Below, piece by piece: positions 43,129 through 57,282 of a stretch of DNA of 64,000 nt; position 1 is the first letter of the stretch, and each line of letters starts with the position of its first letter. The notes under the pieces were generated by a model that worked only from the letters and a program-made list of their open reading frames with translations, was not told where the DNA came from and searched no databases. Source of the DNA: Eledone cirrhosa (lineage: Eukaryota); assembly GCA_964016885.1 (NCBI GenBank), contig OZ024763.1, forward strand, positions 4,216,001-4,280,000, in the 5' to 3' direction. The translations under genes were made by a program, and so were the position numbers.

Positions 43129-44159
43129 AACACACACACATACTATCAACCAACCTTTTGGCTTAAATGTCATGTTGAAGTTAATGTTAGAGTAAACAGC
43201 TAACTTCTCCTTTTATTCTTTTTGTGTGTCAGTGTGTGTGTCTTTGTGTGTGTGTATCAGTGTGTTTGTGTGTGCATACATCAATCTATGTGTGTCAGTA
43301 TGTGTGTGTGTGTTCATGTCATTCTGTGTGTGTTAGTGTGCTGGTGTGTGTGTGTCTGTATAATTTGGTGAAGTTGTCACAATTTTCTCCTATCTTGTCT
43401 CCTTCCCTATTCCTGTGACATGGGATAAATTGCTGTGTTGTGAATCTTTTGGCTTTTAAATATTCTGAATTCAAATCCTTCCTGGGTCAATATAAAGGAT
43501 GGCAGTATAAATTCAATAACTGGTAAACATCTGTGTGAAGTTGACCAGTCCACCTAACTTGGAAGCAAGATTTCAAAAACAAGGTCTCACTGAAAGTGGT
43601 GCAAACACACATTGGCAAAACTTGGAATGTCTTAGATAAGCTGACTTCAAGTTTGAAACCTACGCCCCCCCCCCCCCCCCCCCCCAACAAAAATGACTCT
43701 AGAATTCTGCCAAGTGACAGTGGAGTCAGTTCTGTTCTATGGCTGTCCTACGTGGACACTCACTCAAGTAGAAGCTGTAACCCTTCAGCATTTACATTAC
43801 TCTGTATATACTATTGTATTTTTGCAGTAAAGGCTTTATCTCACATAATATTAAATCTACTAGATTCTGATATCATTTATTTTGAGAAGAATACCTTAAC
43901 GTCAGTATGAGTGGCCAGTTATGGTTGGTTTGAACAGAAAGAGGTGAGAGAATTCTGGCTGGATATGGCCAGTTTAAATACTAAAGGGTTAAATATATTT
44001 TGGAAGATGCACCCTACAAAAAAGTAAGTGTATGGCCATCTACCTGTAATATCTCCCATACCATCTCTACAACCATTTACCTGTACTATATCATACCATC
44101 TTTATAACGATCTACCTGTAATATATCATACCATCTACCTGTAGTCTCCCATACCATCA

Positions 44160-44350
44160 AAAAGAGACTGCTGGAGAGCAAAGGATGGAATTGTTAGTGA
44201 TGTGTTGTTATGGATACCAAAAACATGGGCATTCCAATGTGGGCAGACCTGACAGAGGTTACATCAGTTATGTGAAGATGCTGAGTGTAATATGAAGGAC
44301 CTGCCTTGAACAATGGAGAGAGGGAGAGAGTCATCACACTAAGCTGATGA
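44160..44350 (+). pseudogene. Degenerate RTE/RTE-X LINE 3' fragment
   Basis: CWRAKDGIVSDVLLWIPKHGHSNVGRP followed by a (gat)n tail. Confidence 0.55.
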
Positions 44351-45565
44351 TGACCAATCCAGTGATGTAGATTGCTGAAATATTAACCCTTTCGTTAACA
44401 TAAGTCTAATGACATTCTCTGAGCCAGATGGTTGAATAACATCAATGAGCTGGGTGTGTGTGTGTAATATATCTTGATTAAAGGTGTAACACACACCTTG
44501 ATATAATGATGTTTGTTCTTGGGGCAAGAAACATAATACGCTATGCTCCACTTAGTCTAGCTGAAAATCAATGTGCCATAACCTAGCAGATCAACAAGAA
44601 GAGATCGATAACATCAATACCAGATTTAAATATATTAATTCTAGAGTTAATATGCTTGTGCCTCAGGGTGAGAGCATTCTTACAATTGAAACTAGTAAAA
44701 ACAAACAAAAGAATATGTTACTTAACCCTTTAGCATTTACATTACTCTATATTTACTGTTGTATTTTTGTGGTGAACACTTTATCTCACATAATATTGAA
44801 TCTATAGATTTTGATGTTATTTATTTTGAGAACAATACCTTAACATCAGTATGAGTGGTCAGTTACAAGTGATTTGAATAGGAAGAGGTGAGAGAATTCT
44901 GGTTGGATATGGCTGGTTTAAATGCTAAAGGGTTATAGTTGTAATATGAACCTTTATATAAATATGGTGTTTGTTGTTGGGGCAACACAGTACATCATAC
45001 ACCATGTTAGGTGAGGGTTAGGTTTTGGGTTGAGTCTCACTATATGACACCTTGACCAAGTGTCTTCTATAGCTTTGGGTTGACCAATAACTTGAGTGGA
45101 ATTTGGTAGATGGAAACTGTGGAAGCCCATCGTATTTGTGTGCATCCATGTTTATGTTTACTGTTTGTCTCATAACTTAGCAGTTTGACAAAAAATAGAT
45201 CAGTATAAATTAATTTCAGATTATAAATGGTGGAGATATAATAGTCTAAATTCCTTGAAGGCAGTGCCCCAGCATAGATGCAATCTAGTAACAATAACAA
45301 ATATGTTAATGAAAGTTGTAACATGAACTTTTACTTAAAGATTGTGTTTCTTCTTGAGGCAACACACAATAACCCATATCCTACATAATCCAGCTGAAAA
45401 TTGATGGACTATTTTCATGAGATAGGTGAGGTTTCTATATCTAAAGAAGTGGGAAACTTGTTGGCATAGCTGTGTAGTTAAAGTTTGCTTTGGAACCACA
45501 ATGTTCTGGGTTCAATATTGCATTGCCCTTTCCATAATCAGTAGGTAAGGTTTGCATTGAAACCA

Positions 45566-46281
45566 CATAGAGTGGGCTTCCACACAGTTTCCGTCTACCA
45601 CATTTCACTCATGAGACGACACTTACCCAAGGTGCCATTCAGTGGGCCTAAATCCATAGAGTGGGCTTCCACACAGTTTCCGTCTATCATATTTCACTCA
45701 TGAGACGACACTTAACCAAGGTGCCATTCAGTGGGCCTAAATCCATAGAGTGGGCTTCCACACAGTTTCCGTCTATCATATTTCACTCATGAGACGACAC
45801 TTAACCAAGGTGCCATTCAGTGGGCCTAAATCCATAGAGTGGGCTTCCACACAGTTTCCGTCTACCACATTTCACTCATGAGACGACACTTACCCAAGGT
45901 GCCATTCAGTGGGCCTAAATCCATAGAGTGGGCTTCCACACAGTTTCCGTCTACCATATTTCACTCATGAGATGACACTTACCCAAGGTGCCATTCAGTG
46001 GGCCTAAATCCATAGAGTGGGCTTCCACACAGTTTCCGTCTACCATATTTCACTCATGAGATGACACTTACCCAAGGTACCATTCAGTGGGCCTAAATCC
46101 ATAGAGTGGGCTTCCACACAGTTTCCGTCTACCATATTTCACTCATGAGATGACACTTACCCAAGGTACCATTCAGTGGGCCTAAATCCATAGAGTGGGC
46201 TTCCACACAGTTTCCGTCTACCATATTTCACTCATGAGATGACACTTACCCAAGGTGCCATTCAGTGGGCCTAAATCCATA
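45566..46281. repeat. 89-bp tandem repeat, about 8 copies, derived from a dispersed repeat (cacagtttccgtctacca family)
   Basis: catagag at 45566, 45655, 45744 and onward. Single related copies at about 27525-27650 and 45030-45130. Confidence 0.92.
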
Positions 46282-46778
46282 TCTATGTGGTCGTAACATG
46301 CAGAGATCTGGAACAGATACAAGATATCCAGTGTTAATTCACCATCTTGTGTGTTATAAAATGTGTAAATAGAGCGTCTTTGTTGGATGTCCATGGAAGA
46401 GAGACACGAGATTCTTACTGGTCATTGCACTTAACTGTGACTATTTCCTATAAATAGACACAGGTCAACCAGCAAAGGCAAGGAAAGCAGTATTTACTGA
46501 ATGAATGCTTTGTTAACTTAAATTTTAAAGTACCATACCAGTTTTTAAGGATAGCTTAGAAAAAAGGATGGGCTGTAACAGACACTGAAATGCTCTAGAT
46601 TCATCATCACCAGCATCATCATCACGCTGAATCTCCCTGAGAACTACATTAAGGGTATGCGTATCTGTGGCATGCTCAGCCACTTGCACATTAACTTCAT
46701 GAGCAGGCTATTCCGTTGATCAGATCAACTAGAACACTTGTTGTAAATGATGAAGTGCCAATCAGTCAAATATATACA

Positions 46779-47197
46779 CTAACCAAATTACCCGTGTCTT
46801 GCTGCGTTTCAGACATTTTTTTTGTAAGAAAATGATGATTGATTTTAAATCAGTGATATAATTTATGGAGAAAAATAAAGGGAAAATGTTAAAGGGGGTT
46901 TAACCCTCATTAGGGTGTCTTAATATTATTGAAATTTGCTGAAATTTTGGGAATAGGCATCATATCTTGTCATTTACCTATGGTTTAAAATTCATATAAA
47001 TCAAAGGGAAAAAATTTTCTGCGGGGTCAAGCAGGGGTTTGTGCCCCCGGGGAACCCTTTGATTAAAATGAAATATACTTATCCAAGTACCCTGGGCAAT
47101 GTAGTTTCAGAATATATATGGTTATGGGGATCTATCTCCAAAACCATAGGAGGAGTTTGTGAACAAACAAACACAGAAACTACAACTTTATTATATA

Positions 47198-47200
<3 letters not shown>
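46779..47200 (-). mobile_element. Degenerate non-autonomous Helitron-like element
   Basis: The minus strand starts a|tcttatataataaag and ends with a degenerate cgcagcaagacacggg hairpin and ttag|t. Confidence 0.55.
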
Positions 47201-47231
<31 letters not shown>

Positions 47232-47481
47232 CTGCATACTCATATTTAGAGCAGGTTAGGGGTTGAGAAATATGGATGATGTCTAAAGTAGGGGTCTTGG
47301 TTCTAGTATAGATATTTAGCTTGTAATTAGCTTTGTTTAATGATTGTATTAGCTACAAGTTTGGCATTCAATGTTCTTATCCATTGGCTGTTTTCTTTAT
47401 TAGCTTCATTTATGAATGTTTGATCTGAGTATAAGGACATTCAATAATTACTTAGCATTTGTTTTATGTATATCTATAAAT

Positions 47482-47527
<46 letters not shown>

Positions 47528-47809
47528 ATACATTGGGAGGGTCATGCTGCCAATAAAAACACATGCACCTGTTGGTTTTCACTTCAAATTATTATAAATT
47601 TCCAGCTGGTTGGTTGGTTCGATAACCGGAAAGTTGTTTATATATTGTCAAAGCTTATTTGTCACACATTCTGTGACCTCCTCAGCAACTAGGTTTTTAT
47701 TTTGTGTGTCCCCTTCGTTCTGTCCTTCACCATCTTGTTTTTGTGTGTTGTGTGCTTAGTTTGCACATAACTTACATCCAGGTGTGTGTGTGTTTTATAA
47801 ATAAAAACA

Positions 47810-49165
47810 CACTACTGTACTGTACTGTACTATACTGTACTGTACTATACTATACTGTGCTATACTATACTTTACTGTACTATACTATACTGTACTGTAC
47901 TGTACTATACTATACTGTGCTATACTATACTTTACTGTACTATACTATACTGTGCTATACTATACTGTACTATACTATACTATACTGTACTATACTATAC
48001 TGTGCTATACTATACTATACTGTGCTATACTATACTGTGCTATACTATACTGTACTATACTATACTGTACTATACTATACTGTACTATACTATACTGTAC
48101 TATACTATACTGTGCTATACTATACTGTGCTATACTATACTGTGCTATACTGTACTATACTATACTGTACTGTACTATACTGTACTATACTATACTGTAC
48201 TGTACTGTACTATACTGTGCTATACTACACTGTACTATACTACACTGTACTATACTATACTGTACTATACTATACTGTGCTATACTATACTATACTATAC
48301 TGTACTATACTATACTGTGCTATACTATACTATACTGTGCTATACTATACTGTGCTATACTATACTGTGCTATACTATACTGTACTATACTATACTGTGC
48401 TATACTATACTGTACTATACTATACTGTACTATACTATACTGTACTATACTATACTGTGCTATACTATACTGTGCTATACTATACTATACTGTGCTATAC
48501 TATACTATACTGTACTATACTATACTGTGCTATACTATACTGTACTATACTATACTATACTGTACTATACTATACTGTACTGTACTGTACTATACTGTGC
48601 TATACTACACTGTACTATACTATACTGTGCTATACTATACTTTACTGTACTATACTATACTGTACTATAATATACTATACTGTACTATACTGTACTATAT
48701 ATACTATACTGTACTATATATATTATACTGTACTATACTGTACTGTACTGTACTGTACTGTACTGTACTATACTGTACTATACTGTGCTATACTATACTG
48801 TACTATACTATACTGTGCTATACTATACTGTACTATACTGTGCTATACTTTACTGTACTATACTATACTGTACTATACTGTGCTATACTATACTGTACTA
48901 TACTGTGCTATACTATACTATACTGTACTGTACTGTACTGTACTATACTGTACTATACTATATATACTATACTGTACTATACTGTACTATACTGTACTGT
49001 ACTATATTATACTATACTGTACTACACTGTACTGTACTACAGTACTGTATCGTAGTGTACTATATATACTATACTACACTGTACTGTACTATATATACTA
49101 TACTGTACTACAATACACTACACTACTGTACTACAGTACTGTATCGTAGTGTACTATACTATATT
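47810..49165. repeat. (TATAC/TGTAC/TGTGC)n pentanucleotide satellite
   Basis: Visible directly. Confidence 0.95.
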
Positions 49166-50006
49166 GGAGCTGGTTATGCTGCACTATGACAGTTACTATA
49201 GCAACAGTAACCATTGGAAATGCACCAATCATTACCACCCAAACACACCTCCACTCCCCTCTCTAGTTACTGGAGTCTCTGTGTGACTATGCCAGGTGTG
49301 TTTCTCTCTTTCTCTCTCTCTCTGTATATAGGTCTGTGTATATGTGTGACTGTTTGGTATGCTTATGATTGTGTATCTGTGACTCTGTGTGTATGCGAAG
49401 GTGTGTAGTTTATAGTTAGGGTATTTGGCTCACAATCTTAAGGTCATGAGTTTGATTCCTGGTGCTGTGTCCTTGAGCAAGACACTTTATTTCACCTTGC
49501 TACAATCCAGTCAGCTTGCAATAATGAGTTGCACTTGTAATTCAAAAGACCAGCCTTGCCTTGTCATGTTCGGTGGCACGCTGAATCTCCCTGAGAACAA
49601 CGTTAATGGTACGCATGTCAGTCGAATGCTCAGCCACTTGCACGTTAATTTCACCAGCAGGCTGTTCCGTTAATCGGATCAGCTGGAACACTTGTCATAA
49701 CCGACGGAGTGCCAGCTCAGCACGATGTATCTATGCATCTCGGGTCATGCTTGGGTACTACTGGCAACATGTAACCCTGTACAACCTGTCGCATGGTCGG
49801 GTCGTTGGTGACTAAATCAGCAACCCCACCAAGCTTGCTTGGGTTGGTGGGGAGAGTGATTTTGGACACTCTGCAGGATGAAAAACAAAACCTGACAAAG
49901 GGCGGAGGAACTCGTAAGAGTCAACTGCCATCCAGTAATGTGTAAATATATATATACTGTGTGGGATTGATTGCACGCTTGTCGGTGTGTGCACATATAT
50001 ATATAT

Positions 50007-50640
50007 GTTGGTGTTGTTGGTGGTGTTGTCGTTGTTGGTGGTGTTGGTGTTGTTGGTGGTGGTGTTGGTGGTGTTGTCGTTGTTGGTGGTGGTGTTGTTG
50101 GTGGTGTTGTCGGTGTTGGTGGTTTTGTTGGTGTTGTTGGTGGTGGTGTTGTCGGTGTTGTCTGTTCTTGGTGGTGGTGTTGTCGTAGTTGGTGGTGTTG
50201 TTGGTGTTGGTGGTGTTGTCGGTGTTGTCTGTTCTTGGTGGTGGTGGTGGTGTTGTTGGTGGTGGTGTTGTCGTAGTTGGTGGTGTTGTTGGTGGTGTTG
50301 TCGGTGTTGTCTGTTCTTGGTGGTGGTGGTGTTGTCGTAGTTGGTGGTGTTGTCGGTGTTGTCTGTTCTTGGTGGTGGTGGTGTTGTCGTAGTTGGTGGT
50401 GTTGTTGGTGGTGTTGTCGGTGTTGTCTGTTCTTGGTGGTGGTGGTGTTGTCGTAGTTGGTGGTGTTGTTGTTGGTGGTGTTGTCGGTGTTGTCTGTTCT
50501 TGGTGGTGGTGTTGTTGGTGGTGGTTTTGGTGGTGGTGTTGTCGTTGTTGGTGGTGTTGGTGGTGTTGGTGTTGTTGTTGTCTTATGTTGGTGTGTGTTA
50601 GTGTGTTGGTGTATGTGTGTGTTGGTGTGTGTGTGTGTTT
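50007..50640. repeat. (GGT/GTT)n compound repeat
   Basis: Visible directly. Confidence 0.9.
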
Positions 50641-50814
50641 GTTTATGGTGCCTTGGTGCATGCTTTGAGGAGGATGTAGCCATTTCTAATACATTGAATT
50701 AGTATGCTAGGACACCACCTTAAATGTTTTAAGCAATTATATCAAGCCCACTATTGGTAGTTATTTTATCAATTACTCCTTGTTGAAATTCTAAACCATG
50801 GAGCATGAACAAGG

Positions 50815-50821
50815 ACACGCT

Positions 50822-50861
<40 letters not shown>

Positions 50862-50910
50862 CACATACACACACACATATACACATACATATACATATAT
50901 ACACTCACAC

Positions 50911-50945
<35 letters not shown>

Positions 50946-51091
50946 TATACACATACACATACACAATCATATACGTATATACACTCACACAGACATATAT
51001 ATATATATATATACATACACGCTCACACATATATATATATATATATATACAGACACATACACACACACATATACATATACATATATACACT

Positions 51092-51157
<66 letters not shown>

Positions 51158-51737
51158 CACACACACACATATACACATACACAATCATATACGTATATAC
51201 ACTCACTCACACATATATATATATATATACATACACGCTCACACATATATATATATATATATAGACACATACACACACATATACACGTACATATACATAT
51301 ATACACTCACATCATCATCATCATCATCAACGTTTAACGTCCGTGTTCCACGCTTGCATGGGTTTGGACGGGGGTAGTCCCACTTGAGGCAAGAGTGATT
51401 GTCTTGCTCGCATAGGACTGTCTGGCAGGTTTTCTACAGTTGGATGCCCTTCCTAACACCAACCACATTTACAGTGTGGGGCTGGGAGGTTTTTACCGTG
51501 TTGCCTACACGGCCACATTACAGCGTGGACTGTCTGGCGGGTTTTCTACAGCTGGATGCCCTTCCTAACACCAACCACATTTACAGTGTGGGTCTGGGAG
51601 GTTTTTACCGTGTTGCCTACACGGCCACATTACAGCGTGGACTGTCTGGCGGGTTTTCTACAGTTGGATGCCCTTCCTAACACCAACCACATTTACAGTG
51701 TGGGTCTGGGAGGTTTTTACCGTGTTGCCTACACATA

Positions 51738-51775
<38 letters not shown>

Positions 51776-52116
51776 CACATACACACACACATATACACAT
51801 ACATATACATATATACACTCACACACATATATATATATATATATACAGACACATACACACACACACACACATACACATACACATATATATATATATATAT
51901 ATATAGACACATACACACACATATACATATATACACTCACACACATATATATATATAGACACATACACACACACATATACACATACATATACATATATAC
52001 ACCCACACACATATATATATATATACAGACACATACACACACACACACATATACACATACACATACACAATCATATACGTATATACACTCACACACACAC
52101 ATATATATATATACAT

Positions 52117-52149
<33 letters not shown>

Positions 52150-52295
52150 CACACAGACATTTATATACATACACACATATATACATACACATACACACCA
52201 ATATATATACACATTTATATACACACACACACAAACATACACATACATTCACACACGCACACATACTCACACACACACAAATACATACACACATT
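50815..52295. repeat. (CA)n/(TA)n compound microsatellite interrupted by a SINE tail
   Basis: Visible directly. Confidence 0.9.
51311..51735 (-). mobile_element. SINE/LINE 3' tail (ggatgcccttcctaacaccaacc family) with internal triplication; near-identical inverted copy at 20997-21218
   Basis: (cat)n-cgtttaacgtccgtgttccacgcttgcatggg. Related near-identical pair at 18080-18305 and 63785-64000. Confidence 0.7.
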
Positions 52296-52919
52296 ATCTA
52301 AATATATTTCATTTTGAAACAATATTGTTCCCTTTTGTCCTTCCATACTATTCAGTTTTTCCTAGCCCCCCCCCATATCTTTATCCCTTTTCCTCCTCCA
52401 CCCCCACCCCCCAGTCCCCTACCTTGTCATCTCCAAAGTATTCAGGGTGTGCCTCATTGCTACTGCTATTCCCACTATAAACATATTTCATACATAGAGG
52501 TGCCACACGTATACATACTTAGTCATACACACCATTTCACACACATACATAATCGTACATATGTACACATATACATACATGTGCACACACATATTCACAC
52601 ACTCACGTCTGTGTGTGTCTGCTGCTGTTTCAACTCTCACACCTATGGCGGTTTACCTGGCTTTCTCTGAGGTTTTCTCTCATAGTTTTCTTAAGTGTTA
52701 TAATGATAGGAGCTCCAGTCTTATATATAAATACTAGCCCCCCCCCACACACCTCCTCGTGTCGCCATATGATGGCTAATTGTAATATCTACACATAATA
52801 TAAAAAAATAAGAGATGTTTGTTTGTTGCTTGGTTGGTTGGTTCCTTCCTGCCCACTCACACAAGTGATACAAACACACAGCTGTGACGAATCTTAGAAC
52901 GCTGGACCTCTATAGTTTA

Positions 52920-54558
52920 TCACCCTTCCTTCCTCAGTCGACGTAATCACCCCTTCCTTCCTCAATCGACGTAATCACCCCTTCCTTCCTCAGTCGATCT
53001 AATCACCCCTTCCTTTCTCAGTCGACGTAATCACCCCTTCCTTTCTCAGTTGATGTAATCACCCCTTCCTTTCTCAGTCGACGTAATCACCCCATCCTTT
53101 CTCAGTCGACGTAATCACCCCATCCTTTCTCAGTCGATCTAATCACCCCTTCCTTTCTCAGTCGATCTAATCACCCCTTCCTTTCTCAGTCGACGTAATC
53201 ACCTCATCCTTTCTCAGTCGACGTAATCACCTCATCCTTTCTCAGTCGACGTAATCACCCCATCCTTTCTCAGTCGACGTAATCACCCCATCCTTTCTCA
53301 GTCGACGTAATCACCCCATCCTTTCTCAGTCGACGTAATCACCCCATCCTTTCTCAGTCGATCTAATCACCCCATCCTTTCTCAGTCGATCTAATCACCC
53401 CTTCCTTTCTCAGCCGATCTAATCACCCCATCCTTTCTCAGTCGACGTAATCACCCCATCCTTTCTCAGTCGACGTAATCACCTCTTCCTTTCTCAGTCG
53501 ACGTAATCACCCCTTCCTTTCTCAGTTGATGTAATCACCCCATCCTTTCTCAGTCGACGTAATCACCCCATCCTTTCTCAGTCGATCTAATCACCCCTTA
53601 CTTTCTCAGTCGATCTAATCACCCCATCCTTTCTCAGTCGACGTAATCACCCCATCCTTTCTCAGTCGACGTAATCACCCCATCCTTTCTCAGTCGACGT
53701 AATCACCTCTTCCTTTCTCAGTCGACGTAATCACCCCTTCCTTTCTCAGTTGATGTAATCACCCCATCCTTTCTCAGTCGACGTAATCACCCCATCCTTT
53801 CTCAGTCGATCTAATCACCCCTTCCTTTCTCAGTCGATCTAATCACCCCATCCTTTCTCAGTCGACGTAATCACCCCATCCTTTCTCAGTCGACGTAATC
53901 ACCCCATCCTTTCTCAGTCGATCTAATCACCCCATCCTTTCTCAGTCGATCTAATCACCCCTTCCTTTCTCAGTCGACGTAATCACCCCATCCTTTCTCA
54001 GTCGACGTAATCACCCCATCCTTTCTCAGTCGACGTAATCACCCCATCCTTTCTCAGTCGACGTAATCACCCCATCCTTTCTCAGTCGACGTAATCACCC
54101 CTTCCTTTCTCAGTCGACGTAATCACCCCATCCTTTCTCAGTCGACGTAATCACCCCATCCTTTCTCAGTCGATCTAATCACCCCTTCCTTTCTCAGTCG
54201 ATGTAATCACCTCTTCCTTCCTCAGTCGACGTAATCACCCCTTCCTTTCTCAGTCGATGTAATCACCTCTTCCTTCCTCAGTCGATGTAATCACCTCTTC
54301 CTTCCTCAATCGACGTAATCACCTCTTCCTTTCTCAGTCGACGTAATCACCTCTTCCTTTCTCAGTCGATCTAATCACCCCTTCCTTCCTCAGTCGATCT
54401 AATCACCCCTTCCTTCCTCAGTCGATCTAATCACCCCTTCCTTTCTCAGTCGATCTAATCACCCCTTCCTTCCTCAGTCGACGTAATCACCCCTTCCTTC
54501 CTCACTCGACGTAATCACCGCTTCCTTCCTCAGTCGAACTAATCACCCCTTCCTTCCT
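52920..54558. repeat. 28-bp CpG-containing minisatellite (aatcaccccatcctttctcagtcgacgt), about 58 copies
   Basis: Visible directly. The unit resembles the gtcgat.taatc..c.cccc segment of SINE A. Confidence 0.95.
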
Positions 54559-54859
54559 AAGTCTTTTGTATTTGTTCATAACGTAGTAGAGATAGATGAT
54601 TATTATGTTAGTGTATTATCTCTCTATATAATTGTTTCTACTTTTGGCACAAGGCCAGCAATTATTCCAGTGAATTACTGGTACTGTTATAGGGCTGTTA
54701 TTTGTGTTGATGTGTGGAAGGTCCGTGTGTTAGAAAAAAATGTTTTGAAATGATATCTGTGAGACAGAAGGAATAAGATAGTTTCCGGGGTGTAAAGGTT
54801 GAATGTATGCATTTGTGGACATAGTCAACCCATACCATGATGAAAAATGGAGGATGGAA

Positions 54860-55273
54860 TTGTGTGTGTGTGTGAGAGACAGTGAAACAGCATGTGTGTG
54901 ATAGAGAGAGAGAAATAGCATGTGTGTGTGTGAGAGCGATAGAAAAATAGCATCTGTGTGATAGAGAGTGAGAAAAATAGCATGTGTGTGATAGAGAAAA
55001 ATAGCATGTGTGTGTGTGATAGAGAGAGAGAAAAATAGCATGTGTGTGATAGAGAGAAATAGCATGTGTGTGTGTGAGAGAGAGAAAAATAGTGTGTGTG
55101 TGTGTGAGAGAGAGAGAGACAATGAAGAGCAGTGTGAGAGAGAGAGAGAAATAGCATGTGTGTGTGTGAGAGAGAGAAATAGTGTGTGTGTGTGTGTGTG
55201 AGAGAGAGAAATAGTGTGTGTGTGTGTGTGAGAGAGAGAAATAGTGTGTGTGCGTGTGTGAGAGAGAAATAGC

Positions 55274-55305
<32 letters not shown>

Positions 55306-55376
55306 CAATGAAGAGCAGTGTGTGATAGAGAGAGAGAAATAGCATGTGTGTGTGTGAGAGAGAGAGAAAAATAGCA

Positions 55377-55423
<47 letters not shown>

Positions 55424-55520
55424 ATGAAGAGCAGTGTGTGAGAGAGATAGTGAAACGAGATGTGAGAGAGAGGAGAGGGAGTGAAACCTCAAGTGTGAAA
55501 TGAGATGTGAGTGAGAGAAA
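54860..55520. repeat. (GA)n/(GT)n compound microsatellite
   Basis: Visible directly. Confidence 0.9.
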
Positions 55521-55812
55521 TGTGGTGGATTAGAAGAATTGTTAGAGTTGGACAAAATGAGGTATATTTTCTGGTTTTCTGAGTTCAAATCCCACTGAGG
55601 TCAACTTTGCCTGTCATCCTTCTGGGAGACGATAAAATAAAGTACCAGTTAAATACTGGGAGTCGATATATTTGACTCCCCTCACCCCTTCAAAATTTGC
55701 TGCCTTTCTGCCAATGTTAGAATTATAATTAATTATCTAACTCGTTATGTTGCTACTATATTATATTGATTATACATTGTCTTGTCTATTTCAGACTTCC
55801 CAAACATCCATT

Positions 55813-55871
55813 ATGCTGTCTACCACCGAACAACTGGATGATTCCATTCGTATGAAAGTTGGTTTCAGTGG
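55813..55871 (+). CDS. aPKC: Atypical protein kinase C (PKC iota/zeta-like), first recognisable coding exon (MLSTTEQLDDSIRMKVGFSG), start of PB1 domain
   Basis: Acceptor ttgtctatttcAG ends 55794, ATG at 55813, donor GG|GTGAGT at 55872. IRMKVGFSG aligns with the aPKC VRVKAYYRG strand (conserved PB1 Lys). Phase 2 matches the next exon. 55795-55812 is open in frame, so the true start could be upstream. Confidence 0.82.
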
Positions 55872-56403
55872 GTGAGTCTACAGTTATTTTCTTTCTTTCT
55901 CATTATTTCCTTCCATTTCTCTCTCTCATCTTTCTTTCTGTCTTTCTTAACTATTGGTATGTCTTATACATAAGAATAAACACACACACACACACATATA
56001 TATGTATGTATATATTAAAAAAAGGGGGAGCACAGGTCAAAGACAATGGAAGAAACAATAGAAAGGTGGACAGTCTCATCTCCTCAGTCAACCTCTGGAA
56101 ATCACTACAGTTTTGATACATTAAGGTCAATACCATTCCCTCCAGTGCTCATTAGGACATAACAAAATAGGTAGAAACAAGTTTTGCCTTTTGGTAAATT
56201 ACACAGATATAGATGAAAAAGTGGATCAACTAACAAAAAATGTAGAGAACGTTGTGTGAGAGCCAAAGGAGAGAAATAGTAAAAGAGTAGAGAATATTAA
56301 GGACTGTAGTCCAACATCCAGACAAAGAAGAAAGACACTGAGCTGTAGAAAAGATAAGAAGGGAGATTAGAGTAAGATAGACCCCCCCCCCTGCATGATT
56401 TAA

Positions 56404-56883
56404 TCTTTAGAATATGAATTTCCACATATTAAATACATATGCCACTTCAATACCAATGTAACCGCGAAATCCCTAAAACTCGAGAAGTACCCAACCGATT
56501 TTTTTCAAACTTTACATGTGTATTATTTATGTTTCAAGGAGTGTTATGCACATAACAAAAATTCAACTTTTTGATCCCCTAGGCCAGCATTAGGTGAAAA
56601 ACTGCGTTTTTTCAGCTTTTTATGGGTTTTTTGAGGTGTTACGTCAGACCGATTTCCTTGAAATTGTAACTATGTATTAGTCAGTCTCTTCTTCATACAT
56701 TGAGCAAAGAAAATCCAACTTTTTTATGGCCTAGGGCCCGCATTAGGTGAAAAACTTCATTTTTTTCAGCTTTTTAGGGCTTTTTTGAGGCGTTACGTCT
56801 AGCCGATTTTTCCACGATTAGGTCTGTTGGCGGCCCACGTTCCAAAATACCTTATCCCGTGCAACGCCGGGTACCACTGCTAG
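56404..56883 (+). mobile_element. Non-autonomous Helitron in aPKC intron
   Basis: 3' hairpin cccgtgcaacgccggg then CTAG|T at 56880-56884. Internal similarity to 23347-24196. The 5' TC at 56404 is tentative. Confidence 0.75.
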
Positions 56884-56890
56884 TATATTT

Positions 56891-57145
56891 ATATTATTTA
56901 GAAAATGTGGGTGAAAACATAAACACAATTCCCGTTCATTGGCTGTCTTCTGTGGATCACTAATGTTTCGAATGCATTAAAAACAGGACTTTTCATGACA
57001 GTGTGTTAATAGCTAAAATGGACAACTATCCAGGAAGAAAGTCCTGTTTTTAATGCGTTCAAAACATTAGTGATCCACAGAAGACAGCGAATGAGCGGGA
57101 CTTGTCCCTGTGTTTGTGTTTCCACCCACGTTCTCTAAATAATAT
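56891..57145. repeat. Imperfect inverted repeat, arms about 105 bp (56891-56994 / 57037-57145)
   Basis: ctgtcttctgtggatcactaatgttt..aaaacaggacttt pairs with aaagtcctgtttt..aaacattagtgatccacagaagacag. Confidence 0.9.
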
Positions 57146-57185
57146 GGTAACCACCACGCAGCCTCCCTTTTTCTTTTTAATTCAT

Positions 57186-57221
<36 letters not shown>

Positions 57222-57282
57222 GAAGTAATTCCGTCGGAAAAGTCCAGGAAAAAAGAGTGCTCTATGTAGGTAACAGAGCTTA

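Noticed and set aside
47704-49189. Long Tyr/Cys/Thr-rich ORFs
   Set aside because: Translation of a pentanucleotide satellite.
52920-54558. 28-bp repeats as a CRISPR array
   Set aside because: No spacers; a simple tandem minisatellite.
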